From positions 1 through 42,047 of the forward strand of contig CAXBQP010000028.1 of the NCBI GenBank assembly GCA_963978095.1: a stretch of DNA of 42,047 bases, read 5' to 3'. The notes under the pieces were generated by a model. The model worked only from the letters and a program-made list of their open reading frames with translations, ran no database searches and was not told where the DNA came from. Origin of the DNA: an uncultured bacterium (lineage in GTDB: Bacteria; Gemmatimonadota; Gemmatimonadetes; Gemmatimonadales; Gemmatimonadaceae). Positions 37,006 to 42,047 of this stretch are shown here, one piece after another; the stretch's first letter is position 1, and each line of letters opens with the position of its first letter. The position numbers and the translations under genes are program-made.

Positions 37006-37524
37006 TTACGGCTTCTTGACGGCGGGAGTTTTGACGGTGAGATCGAGGTACGTGGAGTTCGGCTCGTCTCCCGGCTTCGCACCGCGCGGGATGCGCTCGA
37101 CCGTCGCGGTGCCCAGCGACTTGATGTACTTGTACATGTTGCGGATATCTTCCTCGTTCATGAGCGCCGTGTTGTGATACGGCATCGGGAGATTCCCCTC
37201 GCCACCATCGGCGGTGGTCATCACCTGGTACCAGTGGTTCTCGTCCTGCCGCGCCGCGATCGAGCGGAGATTCTTGGCATAGTTCGTGCCCCACGGCCCC
37301 TTGAAGCCGAGCGCGCGTCCCGTCATGAGCGAGTCCTTGCTGACCTTGCCCTTCGATTCCACCCAGTTCGGGGTGTGGCAATCGTGGCAGCTGCCGAGGA
37401 TCAGCAGGTAAGCCCCGGCCTCTTCCGGTGTGGCAGCGACGACCTTGGGCTTGGCCTGCGCCTGCGCGACAGGCGGGATGGTGAAGGCGGCAACGGCAGC
37501 GAGCGCGACAAGGCGACGAAGCAT
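37006..37524 (-). CDS. Periplasmic monoheme cytochrome c
   Basis: Signal peptide, CHDCH, GPWG..YAKNL, distal Met in LPMP. GAGGA SD. Confidence 0.9.
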   Translation of the reverse strand: MLRRLVALAAVAAFTIPPVAQAQAKPKVVAATPEEAGAYLLILGSCHDCHTPNWVESKGKVSKDSLMTGRALGFKGPWGTNYAKNLRSIAARQDENHWYQVMTTADGGEGNLPMPYHNTALMNEEDIRNMYKYIKSLGTATVERIPRGAKPGDEPNSTYLDLTVKTPAVKKP

Positions 37525-37650
37525 CGAATCCTCGGGTTGGTGAGTGTTCCGGCGAAACTTCCCAAAGAATAACGGATTACCCGGCGTGGCCGTTAGGGGG
37601 AGGGGGTTACCGGCTCGTCGTCCCCCATGCGGGATCGTATCTTGCCGGAT

Positions 37651-38484
37651 ATGATCACCGTGCACCACGCCGAGAATCTCGAGATCCTGCCCACCTTTCG
37701 GGCCGGGTCGTTCGGGCTGATCTACATCGACCCGCCGTTCAACACCGGGCGCACCGTTCGGCGCTCGCGCGTCACGTCGCGGAAGGCGGCCGCGGGTGAA
37801 ACCGGCACGCGAACCGGATTCGGCGGCAAGCGCTACGTGTCGACGCTGCGCGCGAGCGAGAGCTACGCCGACCAGTTCGACGATTACCCGGCCTGGTTGG
37901 CACCGCGGCTGGTAGAGGCACGTCGGCTCCTCTCCGTGCGGGGGAGCCTGTTCGTGCATCTCGATTACCGGGAAGTGCACTACGTAAAGGTGCTGCTCGA
38001 CACGATTTTCGGTCGGGCCAACTTCGTGAACGAGATCATCTGGGCCTACGACTACGGCGCGCGCGCCAGCACGCGGTGGAGCCCGAAGCACGATACGATC
38101 CTGTGGTACGCCAAGACGGCGGGCCGCCACATTTTCAATGCGGAGGCGGCTGATCGGATTCCGTACATGGCGCCCGGACTCGTGACGCCCGAGAAAGCGG
38201 CGCGCGGCAAGATGCCCACGGATACTTGGTGGCACACCATCGTCAGTCCGACCGGCAAGGAGAAGACCGGCTACCCCACGCAGAAACCGCTCGGCGTGCT
38301 CGAGCGGTTGGTGAAGGTGCACTCAAGGCCCACGGACCACCTGCTGGATTTCTTTGCTGGCAGCGGAAGCTTCGGGGACGCCGCGGACCGGAACGGGCGC
38401 GATGTCACCCTCGTCGATTCCTCGGCGGCGGCGATTCGCGTGATGAGGAAGCGCTTCGCCGGACGCGACGCATCCTTTCGCTGA
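37651..38484 (+). CDS. N4/N6 site-specific DNA methyltransferase (beta class)
   Basis: IYIDPPFN (motif IV) precedes YPTQKP and DFFAGSGS (motif I). Alternative start at 37627. Confidence 0.93.
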   Translation: MITVHHAENLEILPTFRAGSFGLIYIDPPFNTGRTVRRSRVTSRKAAAGETGTRTGFGGKRYVSTLRASESYADQFDDYPAWLAPRLVEARRLLSVRGSLFVHLDYREVHYVKVLLDTIFGRANFVNEIIWAYDYGARASTRWSPKHDTILWYAKTAGRHIFNAEAADRIPYMAPGLVTPEKAARGKMPTDTWWHTIVSPTGKEKTGYPTQKPLGVLERLVKVHSRPTDHLLDFFAGSGSFGDAADRNGRDVTLVDSSAAAIRVMRKRFAGRDASFR

Positions 38485-38514
38485 TCCGCCCTCGGCGCGC
38501 ATCGCGATGCGCGC

Positions 38515-39606
38515 TTATTGATATTGGATGTAGAGGGGGCGCGGATGCAGCTTCATGATCTCGGGGATCGTCGTGCGCGGGTTGTCGTTGCGCGGCTTGT
38601 AGAACTGCTTCCAGCCGACGAACTGCACCGGCTCAGCCTTGATCCACTTGCGGAAGGTGTTCCGCTTGAGCCATGGCGGGCCGAAACCGTCCATGTCCAT
38701 GACGATCTGCACGCGCGGGTCGAGCTTGATCTGATGGGAGTTGGTGACGCCGCGCTGCGTGAACCGATGCACCACCAGCACTTTGGGCGGGAGTTTGAAC
38801 TGGGTGACGACGTCCGCCAGCATCGTGGCGGCGTAGTTCACGTCCGCGGCATCGAAGCTTCCGATCTTCTTGCCCGGCACGGTTCCATCCTTCAGTGAGA
38901 ACTCCGGGTCGATGCCCAGGTGGAAGTTGGGGCGTTGCAGGAAGCGCACCAGCCGCGGCAGCTCCTCCTGCAGGGTCGCGTGTCCGACCTGGACATCGAG
39001 GAACACGAGCGCGTTCCGCTTGGCGGCCCATCCCGCGACCTTCTCGATCAGCGACGAATCCATGCGCAGGCGATACTTGCCATCCTTGCCGGGGGCGCCT
39101 TGGGCGACCACGGCAATCAGGTGGAGCGCAGGCTGGACGGGCGTCGATGGATCCGCCTTGGTCCAGGCCGCGACCTCGGCGTCCAGCATCTTCAGCATCT
39201 CGTTCGGCTCGTACTCGCCGAGCACACCCATCTTCTTGGACAGTGGATTGCCGTAGTAGGCCACGATCCGCTTGCCGGGAAGGATGGATCCCGGCAGGGG
39301 ATCGGGTCCCTTGACCGGCCATTTCGCGTCGAGGATCGAGTCTTGGCGCGCTTGGGCGATCGAATCCGCATCGGCCGGCGGCTTGAGCGCGCCAACGGAT
39401 TTCTTGCCCTTGCCGGTGCCCGCGCCTTTCGTGCGAGCGCCCTGCTTTTGAGCGGTTTTCTTCGGGGCACGGGCCGTGCTGTCGCCCGACGGCGCGGGCT
39501 TGGCTGGCTTGGCGGACGAATCTCGCTGGCCGGCCGCCGGCGAGGCGGCCACGATCAATACGAAGAGCGCGCGCCGGAGCGCGCGCAAAGCTGCGGAAGA
39601 GGGCAC
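38515..39606 (-). CDS. Conserved-looking exported hypothetical protein
   Basis: Signal peptide, Lys-rich linker, globular domain RIVAYYGNP...LDVQVG...HLGIDPEF...MDGFG. Confidence 0.85.
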   Translation of the reverse strand: MPSSAALRALRRALFVLIVAASPAAGQRDSSAKPAKPAPSGDSTARAPKKTAQKQGARTKGAGTGKGKKSVGALKPPADADSIAQARQDSILDAKWPVKGPDPLPGSILPGKRIVAYYGNPLSKKMGVLGEYEPNEMLKMLDAEVAAWTKADPSTPVQPALHLIAVVAQGAPGKDGKYRLRMDSSLIEKVAGWAAKRNALVFLDVQVGHATLQEELPRLVRFLQRPNFHLGIDPEFSLKDGTVPGKKIGSFDAADVNYAATMLADVVTQFKLPPKVLVVHRFTQRGVTNSHQIKLDPRVQIVMDMDGFGPPWLKRNTFRKWIKAEPVQFVGWKQFYKPRNDNPRTTIPEIMKLHPRPLYIQYQ

Positions 39607-39706
39607 GGCGTCGTGACGGGTTGAGAGCGGAAAGTGTACACTCCCTAGACCATCAGCCCCTCCTCGACGTCACTCGCGACGCGGCGGTGACGCCGAGCCC
39701 CCCGAC

Positions 39707-41461
39707 TCAGCGCCCGATGATTTCGATGCGATGGTCCGCCCGTACCACGTACTGTCCAGCGACCTCGATCTCGAGTTGCACCACGTAGGCGCCTTTGGAC
39801 AACGTGGAGATGTCGAGTTGCAGGGCCCGCGGCGAGGTGGTGGACCCACGCGCCGACATGTCCTGCACGGTGATGCTGACGGGCGTCGCCTCGCGCACCA
39901 CGCGAAGGGTCTTCGCTTGCCGGCGCAGAAAACCGCTCTCCTCCACTTCGCGCACGACCGTGAGCGAGACTTTCATGGGTTCACCCGCAGGTTCGGTGCC
40001 ATAGGCTTCCCAATAGACGCCGAGCTTTTCCCCGGCGCGCACCTTCTCCGTCGTCAACGCGTGCGGGGCGACCTCCTCCACGGTCGTCGGGAAGTCGCCG
40101 TACGGTTCGTAAAAGAGCAAGTCGGACACCGTCACGCGCGTCCCGACGGCGAACGGCGGCGCCATCCCGTAGCGCGCACGCCGCACCGCCGCGCGATCCG
40201 GCGACCACACCTCGGCGCTCATGATCAACGGCGCCCATGGCGCTTTGGCGGTGATGACGTCCGTGCGCGGCGCTTTCGTGCGGACGGTGCGGAAGGCGTG
40301 CGTCCCCGTCGCCGGGGACACGACCAAGGCGGCGGTGATGGCCGTGCTGTCGAGCTCCGGCATGTTCCGCGCATCGTAGGCCATCACGACGAGCGCGCTG
40401 TCGCCGCGGCGGAACATCGCTTTCTGATGCACCAGCGGCTTCAGCGTCTTGGCGTATGGCGGCGAGTACCGGCCGACGACCGGCGGGAGTTGCACCGCCC
40501 AGTCGGTCGAGTCGGAGATCGTGGGATTGTTCAGCACGTAGCCCGGCGGAATGAACCGATATGCGGGGGACGGCTCGTGGCCGACCGTGTTGAACTCGCC
40601 GGTCCGCGGGTCACCGCGCCCGCGCGACCACGCCCGGGGCCAGCCGAACCGGAGCAGGAGTTCGCGTTCGTCGTCGTCGAAGCCGAACTGATACACGCCG
40701 GCGGCGTCACGCATCATCTCGACGAACGTCATGCGTGCGTACCATTCGGTGCGCGAGTCGTTGCCCTCCATGGAGTAGAGGACCTTGGCCAGGAACCAGA
40801 CATGGTCCTCGTAGGCGATCCGTTCCTTGCTGGCGCACGGGAGCCGGCGGTAGGCTTGCCGTGTGTCGTCGTCGATCAGGTAGCCCAAGTCGCGCCACAC
40901 GCAGCGATCGCGGACCAGCATCTTGGCGATCCCCACCTCGTACACGCTGTCGGCAGCCTTGTACCGGCCGAGCATGTGGAGGGCGAAGCCGGTCATGATG
41001 TCGCAGTACCAGCCACCGACTTTGCACTCGGTGGCGGCGTTGAGCGCGTCGGCGCGACGATCCGCCTCGGTGAGATACCGCACCCGTTGCGCGACGAGCC
41101 AGCGCTCCTCGGGCGCGACGCGCGCGAGCGAGTCCAGCAGTGCGATCAGCACGGCACGCTTCGCCGTGATCTCGGCGGGTTCGGGCGGTGCGGCGGCGGC
41201 CCGCTCGTCGTACCAGTAGCAGAATCGACCGACCCGCTCATCGCACTGACTCGGCGAGCGTCCGGTGGACTGGAAGGGAAGGTGCAATCGCCGAAAGAGC
41301 TCGAAGTCGCGCTGGGCGCGTCGGCCGAGGTCATAGGGCGACAGAGAGTCCTGAGGGGATGCCGGAGGGACGGTACCCCCTCGGACGATCTGTGCCGACG
41401 CCGTCGGCGCGAGGCCGGCAAGCAGGAACAGGATTGGGAGCAGTCGACGGTGCATGGTCAT
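39707..41461 (-). CDS. Secreted GWxTD-like protein with TPR-like N-terminus and Ig-like C-terminus
   Basis: Signal peptide. EGNDSRTEWYAR...DDERELLLRFGWP. C-terminal LSKGAYVVQLEI. Confidence 0.75.
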   Translation of the reverse strand: MTMHRRLLPILFLLAGLAPTASAQIVRGGTVPPASPQDSLSPYDLGRRAQRDFELFRRLHLPFQSTGRSPSQCDERVGRFCYWYDERAAAAPPEPAEITAKRAVLIALLDSLARVAPEERWLVAQRVRYLTEADRRADALNAATECKVGGWYCDIMTGFALHMLGRYKAADSVYEVGIAKMLVRDRCVWRDLGYLIDDDTRQAYRRLPCASKERIAYEDHVWFLAKVLYSMEGNDSRTEWYARMTFVEMMRDAAGVYQFGFDDDERELLLRFGWPRAWSRGRGDPRTGEFNTVGHEPSPAYRFIPPGYVLNNPTISDSTDWAVQLPPVVGRYSPPYAKTLKPLVHQKAMFRRGDSALVVMAYDARNMPELDSTAITAALVVSPATGTHAFRTVRTKAPRTDVITAKAPWAPLIMSAEVWSPDRAAVRRARYGMAPPFAVGTRVTVSDLLFYEPYGDFPTTVEEVAPHALTTEKVRAGEKLGVYWEAYGTEPAGEPMKVSLTVVREVEESGFLRRQAKTLRVVREATPVSITVQDMSARGSTTSPRALQLDISTLSKGAYVVQLEIEVAGQYVVRADHRIEIIGR

Positions 41462-41524
41462 ATATACCCCTGACAACGATAATGGCGCCTACCCAGCCGC
41501 GTAGGCCCCCGATAATTTCGTATC

Positions 41525-42028
41525 GTGGAATCCATCGTCTTCGAATCCCTGCATCCCGACGTGTCCCCTCCGCGCCGTGGCACCTTGGGGAGCGCGGGCT
41601 ACGACCTCGCGGCCTGTCTTGACGGCCGATCCGCCAGGGTGTTCCGGGCCGGCCGGATGCGCGAGGTGGCTGCTGAGGGGGAGGGCGCTGCCGCGACGCT
41701 CACCCTGGCGCCGGGCGAAAAGGCGTTGGTACCTCTGGGCTTCAAGGCCCGGCTCCCCGTTGGGTACGAGGCGCAGATCCGCCCTCGCTCCGGAACGAGC
41801 GTGAAAACGGATCTGGTGATCGCGAACGCGCCGGGGACGGTGGACGCGGATTATCCGGACGAATGGTGTGTCCCCGTCAAGAATGGCGGGCCCGAGCCAC
41901 TCGTGATCACGCACGGCGAGCGGATCGCCCAGATGGTCCTGGCCCGCTTCGAGGTGCTCGATTTCTCGGCAGGTACGGTCGACCGGACGACCGAACGTGC
42001 CGGCGGTTTTGGATCCACCGGTCGATGA
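41525..42028 (+). CDS. dut: dUTP diphosphatase
   Basis: SAGYDL, QIRPRSG, NAPGTVDADY, GERIAQMV, RAGGFGSTG. Confidence 0.96.
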   Translation: MESIVFESLHPDVSPPRRGTLGSAGYDLAACLDGRSARVFRAGRMREVAAEGEGAAATLTLAPGEKALVPLGFKARLPVGYEAQIRPRSGTSVKTDLVIANAPGTVDADYPDEWCVPVKNGGPEPLVITHGERIAQMVLARFEVLDFSAGTVDRTTERAGGFGSTGR

Positions 42029-42047
42029 GACCTGTTTTGGGGATCCC

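Noticed and set aside
37525..38322. N-terminal extensions of the cytochrome c ORF (and of the plug-protein ORF to 37381)
   Set aside because: They overlap other well-supported genes. Signal peptides start at 37524 and 36937.
42040..42047. Terminal GGGATCCC as a cosmid/fosmid cloning junction (window is ~42 kb)
   Set aside because: Eight bases are too few to distinguish from chance. Flanking vector sequence would be needed.

Overview
This is a GC-rich bacterial genomic stretch; I estimate roughly 65-70% GC by eye. Gene content suggests Gemmatimonadota (inference): many secreted M20/M28/S9 peptidases, a BNR/VPS10 protein, a GWxTD-like protein, a CarboxypepD_reg+plug protein and a membrane-anchored AAA/SARP-type protein. 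Bases 1-54 are untrimmed Illumina adapter, not genome. The window holds about 32 CDS and one tRNA-Pro(GGG). Recognisable genes are rmlBAC (without rmlD), MarR with a CatE-like glyoxalase, a ChoD-like GMC oxidoreductase, fabH, hemJ, a MacB-like permease, an orphan N4/N6 methyltransferase and dut. I found no CRISPR array, integrase or transposase. The best candidate for an undescribed system is a translationally coupled operon at 16797-19587: a HIGH-type nucleotidyltransferase fused to a compact GHMP kinase, a FucP permease and a RhaM-family mutarotase. It looks like an Fkp-analogous 6-deoxyhexose salvage pathway to an NDP-sugar. Other notable items are a secreted protein with (YG[D/E][V/L]PAK[T/K])x5 Tyr repeats, a bacterial EXORDIUM/Phi-1 lipoprotein, a histidine kinase with a duplicated membrane module and His-less pseudo-H-box, a Cys-less LOV-like PAS, a CRP-like site at -41.5, a double-palindrome MarR operator and repeated leaderless-type promoters. 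All family calls come from motif recognition by eye; no searches were run.
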